A DNA stretch of 30,071 nt from Elusimicrobiota bacterium (GTDB lineage: Bacteria; Elusimicrobiota; Elusimicrobia; UBA1565; UBA9628). A model generated the notes under the pieces. The model had not been told where the DNA came from, did not search any database, and was given only the letters and a program-made list of their open reading frames with translations. The stretch lies in assembly GCA_043731745.1 (NCBI GenBank), contig JAYTIP010000119.1, positions 1-30,071 on the forward strand. Reading direction: 5' to 3'. A program made the translations under genes and the position numbers. This document shows, one piece after another, positions 1 through 8,280 of the stretch (the stretch's first letter is position 1; each line of letters opens with the position of its first letter).

Positions 1-1041
1 CTGTTTTTTCTTCTTCTGGCGCCCGGCGCCTCCGCCATGTCCTCGCAAGAGGCCTCGCGCTTAGCGGGCCTCGCGCTTAAATGCGCCGATGCCGAGTTCC
101 CCAATAAGGCCGATCACATCGCCGCGGGTCCCGGGGATCTCGCTCGCCCGCGTGACGCGCACCCCTCGTTTTACGGCTGCTTTGACTGGCATTCGAGCGT
201 GCACGGCCATTGGCTCCTGGTCCGCGCGCTGCGCCAAAACCCGGACCTGCCCGACGCCGCGCGCCTGCGCGCCGTGCTCGAGGCGCACCTATCGACGGCT
301 GCCGTCGGCGGCGAGCTCGCCTATCTCGCGCAGCCGGGACGCAAGACCTTCGAGCGCACCTACGGCTGGGCCTGGCTGCTCAAGCTCGCCGAGGAGCTGC
401 GCGGCTGGAACGATCCCGACGCCCGGCGCTGGTCGAAGAATTTGGAGCCTCTCGCCGCGGGCTTCGTCGCGCGCTACGAGGACTTTCTGCCCAAGCAGAC
501 TTATCCCATCCGCGTCGGCACCCATCCCAACACCGCGTTCGCTTTGGGCTTCGGCCTCGACTACGCGCGCGCGACGGGCGACAAGGCGTTCGAGGCGCTG
601 CTTCTCGAGCGCGCTAATTTTTACTTCGCCCACGACAAGGGCTATCCCGCCGCCTGGGAGCCCGGGGGAGAGGATTTTTTCTCACCCGCCTTGCTCGAGG
701 CCGACCTGATGCGCCGCGTCCTGCCCGCCGCCGAGTTCGCGAAGTGGCTCGACGGCTTTCTCCCCGAGCTCGGACGCGGGGGGCCCAAGTCGTTGATCAC
801 GCCGGCGATCGTCGCGGACCGTACGGACCCTAAGATCGTTCACCTCGACGGGCTGAACCTCAGCCGCGCGTGGTGCTTGAGAGGGATTTCGTCCGCTTTG
901 CCGGTCGGAGATTCCCGCAAGAAGGCGCTCGAGGAGAGCGCCGCGATGCATCTCGCCGCGTCGCTGCCGCACGTGACGAGCGGCGATTACGCGGGAGAAC
1001 ACTGGCTGGCGAGCTTCGCCCTGTACGCGCTGTCCTACTAG
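1..1041 (+). CDS. DUF2891 family protein, 5'-partial (probably exported)
   Basis: FYGCFDWHSSVHGHW, FERTYGWAWLL, HLDGLNLSRAW and YAGEHWLASFA motifs typical of DUF2891. Frame 1 is open from base 1 (LFFLLLAPGASA, signal-peptide-like), so the true start lies upstream of the window. Confidence 0.85.
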   Translation: MFFLLLAPGASAMSSQEASRLAGLALKCADAEFPNKADHIAAGPGDLARPRDAHPSFYGCFDWHSSVHGHWLLVRALRQNPDLPDAARLRAVLEAHLSTAAVGGELAYLAQPGRKTFERTYGWAWLLKLAEELRGWNDPDARRWSKNLEPLAAGFVARYEDFLPKQTYPIRVGTHPNTAFALGFGLDYARATGDKAFEALLLERANFYFAHDKGYPAAWEPGGEDFFSPALLEADLMRRVLPAAEFAKWLDGFLPELGRGGPKSLITPAIVADRTDPKIVHLDGLNLSRAWCLRGISSALPVGDSRKKALEESAAMHLAASLPHVTSGDYAGEHWLASFALYALSY

Positions 1042-2174
1042 CGCGGCCGCAGGGGCGAGCGCTTGCCGTCCTTCATGGCGAAGTGGCCGCGCAGAGCGCG
1101 CGAGGTCGGCGGCTCGACGGGTTTGATGACGGGCACCTTGAGCTCGGCGCCGATGCGGCACACCCCGTCGAAGCGCGGGTCGACCATGACGCGGAAAACC
1201 TCGCAGCCCATGTCCATCGCGCGCTCGACGAGATCGCCCACGAGGTCGAGGACCGAGTCGGTCGCGCGAAAGCACCACGGGCAGGAGCGGTGGTCCACCG
1301 ACAGGTGCCCGCATTTGCCGCACGCGCGCCCCATCTTGGCGTAGCCGTCGCGAATGAGCAAGCGTGAAACGCAGCCCTGCTGGACGGCGGCGGTGACCGC
1401 GTCCAGGCCGGTGACGGCTCCGCCCTGTCGGGCCTCATCTAAAAGCCGGTGAACTAAGACGCTCTCGCGCACGCGTCGCGCCTGCCGCTCGTTGTGCAGG
1501 ACGCGATCGAGCACGGCGTCGATCGGTCGGTCGGGCCCGAGCACGGGCTCGAGGATGACCTCTTTCTGCAGCGCCGGATCGAGGAGGGGGACGAGCGCCG
1601 CCTCCAAAGCCGGCGGGGCACCGAGGATGAGACGGTCGAAGCGCCGCTCGCGCGCCAAGGTTCCGGCCCGCGAGGCCACGGCGCCCAGCCCGTCGATGGC
1701 GCGGAAGTCGCCCTCCATGGACTCGAGCTCGACGGCCTCGCCCATGTGAAGCTCGATGAAGCGGGCTTTCGTCGGGCTCAGCAGGAGGGCGACGAAGCGG
1801 TGGTACTGGCCGCCAAGCGCGGTCAGCGGCCTTAGGTTAAGCTCTTTGCCGATGGTGAGCGCGCTCTTGAAGGGCTGGGGTAGGCCGAACACCTCGAAAA
1901 GTCCTCGCTTGGCGCAGGAATAGACGGCGGCCATGCGATGGGGGCCGGGCACGAACTCGCCGCCGACGAAGGCCTCGATGCGATCGAGGTCGCGCGTGAG
2001 CAGCTTCATGCGCGGGTCGCGGCGTGCGTCGGCCGCGAGCTGGTGGAGCGTCGAGGGATAGAGCCCGCCCGAGTCCACGGCGAGGTGCAAGGTGACCGCG
2101 TCCGCCTCTTTTGAACGAAAAGCCGCGAGGGCTTCGATCCTCGCGGCGCTCAAAAACAATGGTGCTGGTGGCAT
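1038..2174 (-). CDS. Bacterial archaeo-eukaryotic release factor (baeRF/eRF1-like) protein with C-terminal Zn ribbon
   Basis: eRF1-like layout: LRPL...ARF, FDRLILGAPP, AVTGLDAVTAAVQQGCVSRLLI, CGKC..CPWC, IGAEL. Start moved to ATG 2174 (AGGA SD, promoter at 2193-2221). Confidence 0.7.
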   Translation of the reverse strand: MPPAPLFLSAARIEALAAFRSKEADAVTLHLAVDSGGLYPSTLHQLAADARRDPRMKLLTRDLDRIEAFVGGEFVPGPHRMAAVYSCAKRGLFEVFGLPQPFKSALTIGKELNLRPLTALGGQYHRFVALLLSPTKARFIELHMGEAVELESMEGDFRAIDGLGAVASRAGTLARERRFDRLILGAPPALEAALVPLLDPALQKEVILEPVLGPDRPIDAVLDRVLHNERQARRVRESVLVHRLLDEARQGGAVTGLDAVTAAVQQGCVSRLLIRDGYAKMGRACGKCGHLSVDHRSCPWCFRATDSVLDLVGDLVERAMDMGCEVFRVMVDPRFDGVCRIGAELKVPVIKPVEPPTSRALRGHFAMKDGKRSPLRPR

Positions 2175-2192
2175 GGCGGCTGTCCTGCTATG

Positions 2193-2221
2193 AGGATAGC
2201 CTGCGAACCCGTATCCGTCAA
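2193..2221 (-). promoter_or_regulatory. Sigma70-type promoter of the baeRF gene
   Basis: TTGACG (2216-2221) - N17 - TATCCT (2193-2198). Confidence 0.6.
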
Positions 2222-2233
2222 GGAAACAGGCGC

Positions 2234-4138
2234 TTAAGGTTTGCTGAGGCGGCGGCTCGTCGCGTCCCAACCGAGGTAGCGGACGGACCGGCCGTCGTCG
2301 TACAGGAATCCGTCTTCAAGGGTCCGGAAGCTCTCCCAGCGAGGTAAAGCCCGCGTCGACTTGAGCACTCCGTCGTCGCCGGCCTCGACGAGCGCCCGGT
2401 CCCACAGCAACCAAACCCGTCCGCCGGCGCGGTGCAGCAGCCACGGCAGCGGATCAAGGGACGCGCCCTTCGGCCGCAGGCGACCGTAGCGCAAAGTCGA
2501 GACCTTCCCGTCGGTCCCGATGATCCCTAGGGCGTCGCCGGGTTGGTAGGCGTACAAGGTGCCGTCGGGCAGCGCGTAGAAGTCGCCGCGCTCCCGCCGA
2601 ACTCCCAGGCGCCAGGCCGTCGTCACGGTCCCATCCGCGCGGCACAGCGCCGCCGCCGTTCCGGAGGCGTCCTTGTACGGAATGAAGTAGGCGGGCTTGC
2701 CTCCGGCCCAGTGGGGGAAGACCGGACCGGCGTACAACGCCGGGCCCGGGAGTCTCCAGCGCCGCGCGCCCACGCGCAGGCACCGTTTGTCGCAATCCAC
2801 GACGCCCGCGCCGGCCGCTTTGACTGCGGTCTTGATCGCGTCGTTGAGACTCTTGTCGAACGGAGCCGCGGAGCCCCGGTGAATGAAGTCCTCCGCCGCA
2901 GCGTAGCTCGACTGGCTGATGCCGGTTTTGGGATCGACAAGGTACTTGGTCACGACGACGCGCCGGCCGACGACGGCCAGGTTACCCCACTCGTTGCGAG
3001 GCGACGGGCGTCCAAGCGTCATGGCTTCGCCCGTCTGGCTCCACAACTCGTCTCGAAGTGGCGTCACGCGATGAGCCCAGAGCCGTCCCGTCGAGTCGCG
3101 CAAGGTTCGGAACAGCCAGGCGCCCTCGAAGGGACGGAAAACCAGATCGTATACCCCCGATCTCTCCTCCGGCAGAACGACGCGGACGCCCTCCTTGCCG
3201 CCGAGCCAGATGCCGCCGCGCACGCTCATCAGCGCCGCGCTTCGCCCTGCGGCCGCGAGCGCTGCGGGCGTGGGGGAGGAATCCTCGAACCACGACTGGT
3301 AGGAAAACACGGGAGCCGGCTCCGCGAAGCGCAGCCGGGCGTCGAGGCCGCTCGCGATCGCTCCCGCCATGAGCCAGGTCGCGAGCGGTCCGGCGAGCAA
3401 CGCCGCGGCCGGGAAGGCCCACGCGCGGACGCGAGGTGACGGGCGCCGCTCCAGGCGCGCCGCCGCCGGCACCGCGACGAGCTTGACGAGCACGAGGAAG
3501 GCCAGCATCGCCGTCTCGTAGCCGGCCAATGACGAGACCCACTCGCCGTGCTCCATTCTCATGCCCAAGCACAGCCCGACACCGAAGCTCTCGATGATCA
3601 CGAGAGCGGGGCCGAGCAGGCCTCCGGCGACGCCGTGGCCGATCAGATAGGCGAGGACCCAGGACGCGGCCAGTACGTCCGCGATCATCAGAAGGAAAAA
3701 ATTCGTGACGGGCATGTTTTGCCAGAAGGGACGCCCCCAGCTGAACGCCTTGTCGGGGGCGATGAGGTACGGCGCCAGCGCGTTGCCGAACCACGCGCAA
3801 GCCAGAACGAACGCGGCCGTGATCGCGAGGAGAAAGCCCGCCGCCGTCAGCGAGGCGGCCGCGCGCCGCGTCGCTGAGGCGGGTAGCAGCGCCTCTATTC
3901 CCGCGTTGCCGGACGATGCCGTGCCGGAGCCGGCCGTCGCGCCGATAAGCGCCGCCGCGAAGGGCAGGCCGACGAAGGCCCAGCCGATGAGGATCGTCGA
4001 CAGGGCGTTGCCCGCCTCCATGCCTGTCGTCGAGGCGACCAGGCGGGCGACGGGTAAAGTGACGAGGAACGCGGCGACCACGCTCGCGGCCGCCAGCCGG
4101 TTTTTGCGGATTTCGAGCGACAGCAGGGGGAAGTTCAT
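2234..4138 (-). CDS. ABC-transporter permease-like membrane protein with large extracytoplasmic C-terminal domain
   Basis: Start MNFPLLSLEIRKNR at ATG 4138 overlaps the ATPase stop (ATGA). About 8 hydrophobic helices followed by a ~340-aa beta-rich soluble region. Confidence 0.65.
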   Translation of the reverse strand: MNFPLLSLEIRKNRLAAASVVAAFLVTLPVARLVASTTGMEAGNALSTILIGWAFVGLPFAAALIGATAGSGTASSGNAGIEALLPASATRRAAASLTAAGFLLAITAAFVLACAWFGNALAPYLIAPDKAFSWGRPFWQNMPVTNFFLLMIADVLAASWVLAYLIGHGVAGGLLGPALVIIESFGVGLCLGMRMEHGEWVSSLAGYETAMLAFLVLVKLVAVPAAARLERRPSPRVRAWAFPAAALLAGPLATWLMAGAIASGLDARLRFAEPAPVFSYQSWFEDSSPTPAALAAAGRSAALMSVRGGIWLGGKEGVRVVLPEERSGVYDLVFRPFEGAWLFRTLRDSTGRLWAHRVTPLRDELWSQTGEAMTLGRPSPRNEWGNLAVVGRRVVVTKYLVDPKTGISQSSYAAAEDFIHRGSAAPFDKSLNDAIKTAVKAAGAGVVDCDKRCLRVGARRWRLPGPALYAGPVFPHWAGGKPAYFIPYKDASGTAAALCRADGTVTTAWRLGVRRERGDFYALPDGTLYAYQPGDALGIIGTDGKVSTLRYGRLRPKGASLDPLPWLLHRAGGRVWLLWDRALVEAGDDGVLKSTRALPRWESFRTLEDGFLYDDGRSVRYLGWDATSRRLSKP

Positions 4139-5019
4139 CGGAGATCGCCTCCTTTGAGCGACAACAGGTGCGAAAAAGCCTTGTCGAGCGGCAGAGGCTC
4201 GACCGTGGGGGAGGACAGCGCTCCGCAGCCGAGCAGGCGCTCGCGCGTGGCGCGGTCGAGCACGGCCCAGGCGCGGACCAAGCCTTCGCCGGGGAGAGGC
4301 AGGGCGCCGGGCACGGCAGGGGGAGCGTCGGCCGAGCGTAGGCGGCCGCTGACGACGCAGCCCTCGGCGCGCAACGCGTCGAGCTCGTGAACCGCGACGA
4401 TCTTGCCGCCCGCCATGACCCACACCTCGTCGAGCAGGCCCGCCATCTCGTCCATCCGGTGGCTGGTCACCAGCACGGTCTTTCCGGCCTCGCCGAGTTC
4501 GCTGACGAGACCCGATAAAACCTCTTCGCGCACCAAGGCATCGAGGCCCGAGGTCGGCTCGTCCAGGAGATAGAGCGCGGGGTCGTGCGCGGCGGCGCAC
4601 ACCCAGCCGAGCTTGCCGAGCGTGCCTTTGCTGGCGCCTTCGATCCGCGTCTGCGGGTCGAGTCTCAGGCGCTTGCACAAGGCGGCGGCCCGGTCGGCGC
4701 TCCAGTTCTTAAAGAGGCTCGCGCGCAGCTCCAGGACGCCGGCGACGCTCATAAAGGAGTGAAAGCTCGGGCGCTCAGGCACGAAGCCGGCAAGCTGGCG
4801 AATCGCGCCGCTGCCGTCGGGGCGTAGCCCCAGAACCTCGATGTCGCCTTCGTCGGCGGCCAAGAGGTCGAGCAGGATCTTGAACAAGGTCGTCTTGCCC
4901 TCGCCGTTGCGTCCGAGCAGGCCGATGACCTTCCCTTGCTCCGCCGAGCCGGTCGCGCCGTCGAGCACTCGCTTGGCGCCGAAGGTCCGGGTCACGCCGC
5001 TGAAATCGAGAGTCTTCAT
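4135..5019 (-). CDS. ABC transporter ATP-binding protein (YtrB/ABC-2 type)
   Basis: Walker A GRNGEGKTT, variant signature ASKGT, Walker B LYLLDEPT, H-loop VTSH; start overlaps the GntR stop. Confidence 0.92.
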   Translation of the reverse strand: MKTLDFSGVTRTFGAKRVLDGATGSAEQGKVIGLLGRNGEGKTTLFKILLDLLAADEGDIEVLGLRPDGSGAIRQLAGFVPERPSFHSFMSVAGVLELRASLFKNWSADRAAALCKRLRLDPQTRIEGASKGTLGKLGWVCAAAHDPALYLLDEPTSGLDALVREEVLSGLVSELGEAGKTVLVTSHRMDEMAGLLDEVWVMAGGKIVAVHELDALRAEGCVVSGRLRSADAPPAVPGALPLPGEGLVRAWAVLDRATRERLLGCGALSSPTVEPLPLDKAFSHLLSLKGGDLR

Positions 5020-5387
5020 TTGTCCTCCTTCTCCGCGCGGCGCGTCAGCGCCGCGATGTCGTCCCAGTCGAGCCCGCCGCGCCGGGCCTGGCGCAGGGCC
5101 TCGCGTAATCCCTCGCGCACCTCCGCCAGGCCGTCCGAGGCCTTGCGCAGCGCCGCCGCCGCTACGACCGTGCCCTCGCCGCGCTTGGTCTCGAGCACGC
5201 CCTCGAGCACGAGCTCGCGGATGGCGCGGGCGACCGTGTTGGGGTTGACCTTGAGGGCCTCGGCGAGCGGGCGGATCGAGGGCGCGGGTTCGCCCGGCTT
5301 CAGGTTGCCGCGCGCGATCAAGCCGCGCAGGCCGGACTTGATCTGCTCGTTGAGAGGCGTCGGCGACAGGGGATCGATGCGGAGCAT
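5016..5387 (-). CDS. GntR family transcriptional regulator, YtrA subfamily
   Basis: 123 aa, wHTH PSIRPLAEALKVNPNTVARA..EL..EG...TKRGEGT with short C-terminal helix; heads an ABC operon. Confidence 0.92.
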   Translation of the reverse strand: MLRIDPLSPTPLNEQIKSGLRGLIARGNLKPGEPAPSIRPLAEALKVNPNTVARAIRELVLEGVLETKRGEGTVVAAAALRKASDGLAEVREGLREALRQARRGGLDWDDIAALTRRAEKEDK

Positions 5388-5395
5388 GGTCTATG

Positions 5396-5415
5396 TGTAC
5401 TAGTGAACTAGTACA
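5396..5415. promoter_or_regulatory. Palindromic YtrA-type operator
   Basis: Perfect inverted repeat TGTACTAGT-GA-ACTAGTACA over the predicted transcription start, 8 bp from the GntR ATG. Confidence 0.8.
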
Positions 5416-5420
5416 GTAGT

Positions 5421-5449
5421 ATTCTAGCCCCGGTTCGCAATTTTGTCAA
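5421..5449 (-). promoter_or_regulatory. Sigma70 promoter of the GntR/ABC operon
   Basis: TTGACA (5444-5449) - N17 - TAGAAT (5421-5426). Confidence 0.8.
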
Positions 5450-5532
5450 GGGGTCGTTGCGCGGCGTCCATGGGAAATCCGAAGCCGGGATGGTATCTTG
5501 GCGGCAGCCGCTCTTTCGCGGCGGAGGAACCT

Positions 5533-6141
5533 ATGAAACTCAAACCGACGTGCCTGATGGCCGTCCTCGCGCTGACCTTCGCCGTTTGCGGGGCGCGCGC
5601 CGATGAGGAGAACGGGAAGTCCGACGCCTGGATCACCACCAAGGTGAAGGCCGAGCTCGCCACGCACAAGAACGTGAGCGCGTTCAACACCAAGGTCAAT
5701 ACGACGGACGGAGTCGTGACCTTGCGCGGCAAGGTCGGTTCCACGGCGGAGAAGGAGCTCGCGGAGAGCTACGTGAAGGGAGTCGAAGGCGTGCGCTCGG
5801 TCGACAATGAGCTCGTCGTCAGCGACAAGCACTCGAACAAGCGCATGCACGACCGCGGCGCGCACCATCGCGGAGCCGACGATCGCGCGGCGGACGGCGA
5901 TAAGGCGATCGGAGATAAAGCGCTCGACAGCATGAGCGACGGCGGGTTAACCGCGCGGGTGAAGACGGCTCTTCTCGCCAATCCCGGCACGAGCGCGTAT
6001 CACACGGAAGTCGACTCCAACAACGGCGCGGTGATCATCAGCGGTACCGCGAAGACCGACGCGGAGCGCGACCTGGCGGAGCGGACGGTGCGCGGCGTGA
6101 GCGGCGTGAAGTCCGTCGAGAACCGGATCGAAGTGCACTAA
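5533..6141 (+). CDS. BON domain protein (OsmY-like), two BON domains
   Basis: GGAGG SD before ATG 5533, signal peptide, two copies of D..IT..VK..L...V.T..G.V.L.G with a His/Asp-rich linker. Confidence 0.88.
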   Translation: MKLKPTCLMAVLALTFAVCGARADEENGKSDAWITTKVKAELATHKNVSAFNTKVNTTDGVVTLRGKVGSTAEKELAESYVKGVEGVRSVDNELVVSDKHSNKRMHDRGAHHRGADDRAADGDKAIGDKALDSMSDGGLTARVKTALLANPGTSAYHTEVDSNNGAVIISGTAKTDAERDLAERTVRGVSGVKSVENRIEVH

Positions 6142-6152
6142 GCGGTCGATTT

Positions 6153-6188
6153 CGGCGCGCGGGTCCTTGAGGGGGGATCCGCGCGCCG
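6153..6188. terminator. GC-rich stem-loop between convergent genes (likely terminator)
   Basis: CGGCGCGCGGGTCC...GGATCCGCGCGCCG, 14-bp stem with one G-U pair; U-tract weak. Confidence 0.5.
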
Positions 6189-6189
6189 T

Positions 6190-6975
6190 CTATCGTCCGG
6201 GCGCGAACGCCGCGAGCCACTTCTCCTTTTGCTTGGGTCCGTCGTGACGCGCGTACGCGGTGCCCGTCTCGAAGGCCGCGGCCCTAAACAGCGTCGAGGC
6301 GGGACGCTTCTCGAGCTGCACGATGGCCCCATACGACACGAACATCTGGCCGGTGATCATCGAGAGCAAGCGCGCGCCGTCGTCCATGAAGTTCTCCTCC
6401 TCGGGGTGGGGGCCGCCCATGCCGATGCCGACCTGATGGCCCACGCCGTGAATCGAAAACAATGCCGCCGACTCTGCAGGGGTCAACGCGCCCTTTGCCG
6501 TCTTTGAAAAGGAAAAGGCGGCCGAGACACCGACCATCGAGAACTTACCCTCTCCCGTAGAGCTGAAGTCCGACAACTCGGGGTTGCCCCCTTCGGGCGT
6601 CCAGGCGCGTTCGAGCCACTGCGCGTCCTCCTTGGAGATCAGCCCGTTGGCCGGGGCCAGGAGCAACGCGTTCTTCTTATCGCCGAGGATCACGAGCTTG
6701 CCCATGGCGTCGGCGGTCTCCCGCGAGAGCTTTTTTCCCGTGTAGATGACGAAGCGCGTCCCGACGCCGAGAGACTTGAGATCCTTGTCCGCCGCGGCGA
6801 CGATCGCCTCGAGCCCCGCACGACCGAACTTGGCCTGCGCCTCGGGAAGCGCCCAGGCGATGATTTTGTCGCCCGGCCGCTTCACGCTGACGCCCTCGGA
6901 CATGATCCAAGGATCGGCGGGCGCCTGCGCCCCCGCCACGCCCGCCAACGCCGCGATCAGCGCGAGTGCTTTCAT
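6190..6975 (-). CDS. Hypothetical secreted protein with degenerate zinc-metallopeptidase-like motif
   Basis: Signal peptide MKALALIAALAGVAGA; HGVGHQVG..H..NFM resembles HExxHxxGxxH plus Met-turn; own promoter at 6982-7009. Confidence 0.65.
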   Translation of the reverse strand: MKALALIAALAGVAGAQAPADPWIMSEGVSVKRPGDKIIAWALPEAQAKFGRAGLEAIVAAADKDLKSLGVGTRFVIYTGKKLSRETADAMGKLVILGDKKNALLLAPANGLISKEDAQWLERAWTPEGGNPELSDFSSTGEGKFSMVGVSAAFSFSKTAKGALTPAESAALFSIHGVGHQVGIGMGGPHPEEENFMDDGARLLSMITGQMFVSYGAIVQLEKRPASTLFRAAAFETGTAYARHDGPKQKEKWLAAFAPGR

Positions 6976-6981
6976 CGCGTG

Positions 6982-7044
6982 ATTATAAGGGAACGGGGAG
7001 AATCGTCAAGGACCCTTGACGAATCCGGTCCGGGGTTTTACGCT
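6982..7044. promoter_or_regulatory. Back-to-back divergent sigma70 promoters, both apparently leaderless
   Basis: Minus: TTGACG 7004-7009 - N16 - TATAAT 6982-6987, 6 nt, ATG 6975. Plus: TTGACG 7016-7021 - N17 - TACGCT 7039-7044, 6 nt, ATG 7051. Confidence 0.7.
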
Positions 7045-7050
7045 TTAGTC

Positions 7051-7305
7051 ATGGACGCCTTGATCTTGCCGCTGGCCGCGACGGTCCTTCTCGTTCCTCT
7101 CCTGTATCTCGCCGTGCCCCCGTTGCGAGGGGCCTGGCGGCGGAGAAATGAGCCCAAACGCGCGTTGGTCCCGGCCCCAAAGAAGGCAGCCCTGCTCATG
7201 CCGTCCGCGAGCGAGACGGCGCAGGCCGTCGAGCGTTTCCACCGCGTCCTGATGCGCACCGATCTCGCGGATTTTCTCCGCCCCGATTCTTCGCGCGGGG
7301 CTTGA
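7051..7305 (+). CDS. Small membrane-anchored hypothetical protein (84 aa)
   Basis: ATG 7051 lies 6 nt after a -10 box; N-terminal hydrophobic helix ALILPLAATVLLVPLLYLAV followed by basic WRRR. Confidence 0.5.
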   Translation: MDALILPLAATVLLVPLLYLAVPPLRGAWRRRNEPKRALVPAPKKAALLMPSASETAQAVERFHRVLMRTDLADFLRPDSSRGA

Positions 7306-7330
7306 CGAAAGGGGGTCGCGGGGTTATCCT
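7302..7330 (+). promoter_or_regulatory. Sigma70 promoter of the 45-aa ORF
   Basis: TTGACG 7302-7307 - N17 - TATCCT 7325-7330 (same hexamers as the promoter at 2193-2221). Confidence 0.6.
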
Positions 7331-7363
7331 CCCGTCGACGCGAACATCTCCCGGAGAACCCCG

Positions 7364-7501
7364 ATGACCATCACCCTTTTGGCCGCCGTTCCCGCCGCGA
7401 TCTTGACCGCGATGTACCTCTACGAGCGCCGCGAGTTGACGCCTCTGCGCGCCCGCGCGGCCCGCTCCACGCGCGACAACGCATTGCGCGGCCGCCGCTA
7501 G
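7364..7501 (+). CDS. 45-aa single-TM small protein (absent from the ORF track)
   Basis: MTITLLAAVPAAILTAMYLYERRELTPLRARAARSTRDNALRGRR*; GGAG SD, own promoter, stop shares CTAG with the mutM stop. Confidence 0.55.
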   Translation: MTITLLAAVPAAILTAMYLYERRELTPLRARAARSTRDNALRGRR

Positions 7502-8280
7502 CGCTGACAGTTCGGGCAGTAAGCGCTGGCGCGCCCGCCGATGCTCTTGCGCGTGCCGATGACGGGCTTGCCGCAGGTCCCGCAGGCCTTGCGCCCGTAC
7601 ACCATCACGCCCATCTGCATGCGCCCCGGGCGTCCGAGCGGATCGAGGAAGGCCTCGTCGTCGAGCGTCGCGCCGCCGGCCTCCACGCCCGTGCTCAAGA
7701 TATTCCGGCAGGCGACCGCCAGCGCGTCCGACTCCGCCCGTGAGAGCGACTTGCCGGCGCGTCCGGGGCGGACCTTCGCCGCGTGCAGGGCCTCGGTGGC
7801 GTAGATGTTTCCCAGGCCCGCGATCAGCTTCTGGTCCATGATCAGCGCTTTGACGGGCGCGGTGCGCTTGCGCAGGATGCGCCACAGGTAATCAGGCGTG
7901 AACTCGGGGTCCATCGGCTCGGGACCGAGTTGAGGCAAGGGGCAGCCCACGCGTCCGAAGCGGCGCGAGTCGTGAAAGCGCACGGCCTCGGTGCCGATCC
8001 ACATTTGGAAGCGCACATGGGGGCTTTCGCCGCCGACCGTGATGCGCCCGGACATCCCCAAGTGAAAGATCACCTCGCCACGGCCTTCGATGACGACGAT
8101 CAGGTACTTGCCGCGGCGCTTGAAGGCCGCGATCACGCCGCCGGTCAGGATTTTGACGGCGGCGAGCGGCGGGGCGCGGTAGAAGGTGGGCTTGCCGAGC
8201 GCGACGGCCGTGATCGTCTGGCCTGCGTAGCGCTCCTGGAGGACGCGGCGGACGGTTTCGACCTCGGGAAGCTCCGGCAT
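7498..8280 (-). CDS. mutM: Formamidopyrimidine-DNA glycosylase / AP lyase (Fpg)
   Basis: N-terminal MPELPEVET, RRGKYL, H2TH GLGNIYATEAL, C-terminal zinc finger CGTC..GRASAYCPNCQ. Confidence 0.95.
   Translation of the reverse strand: MPELPEVETVRRVLQERYAGQTITAVALGKPTFYRAPPLAAVKILTGGVIAAFKRRGKYLIVVIEGRGEVIFHLGMSGRITVGGESPHVRFQMWIGTEAVRFHDSRRFGRVGCPLPQLGPEPMDPEFTPDYLWRILRKRTAPVKALIMDQKLIAGLGNIYATEALHAAKVRPGRAGKSLSRAESDALAVACRNILSTGVEAGGATLDDEAFLDPLGRPGRMQMGVMVYGRKACGTCGKPVIGTRKSIGGRASAYCPNCQR

Noticed and set aside
2234-4678. ORF-track upstream extensions (814-aa, 416-aa JAB, 844-aa NrdA, 443-aa epimerase, 427-aa TlpA, 432-aa SirB1, 468-aa Gre)
   Set aside because: The extensions overlap other genes; better starts with SD, coupling or promoters exist (4138, 10688, 15364, 23582, 24631, 25485, 28318).
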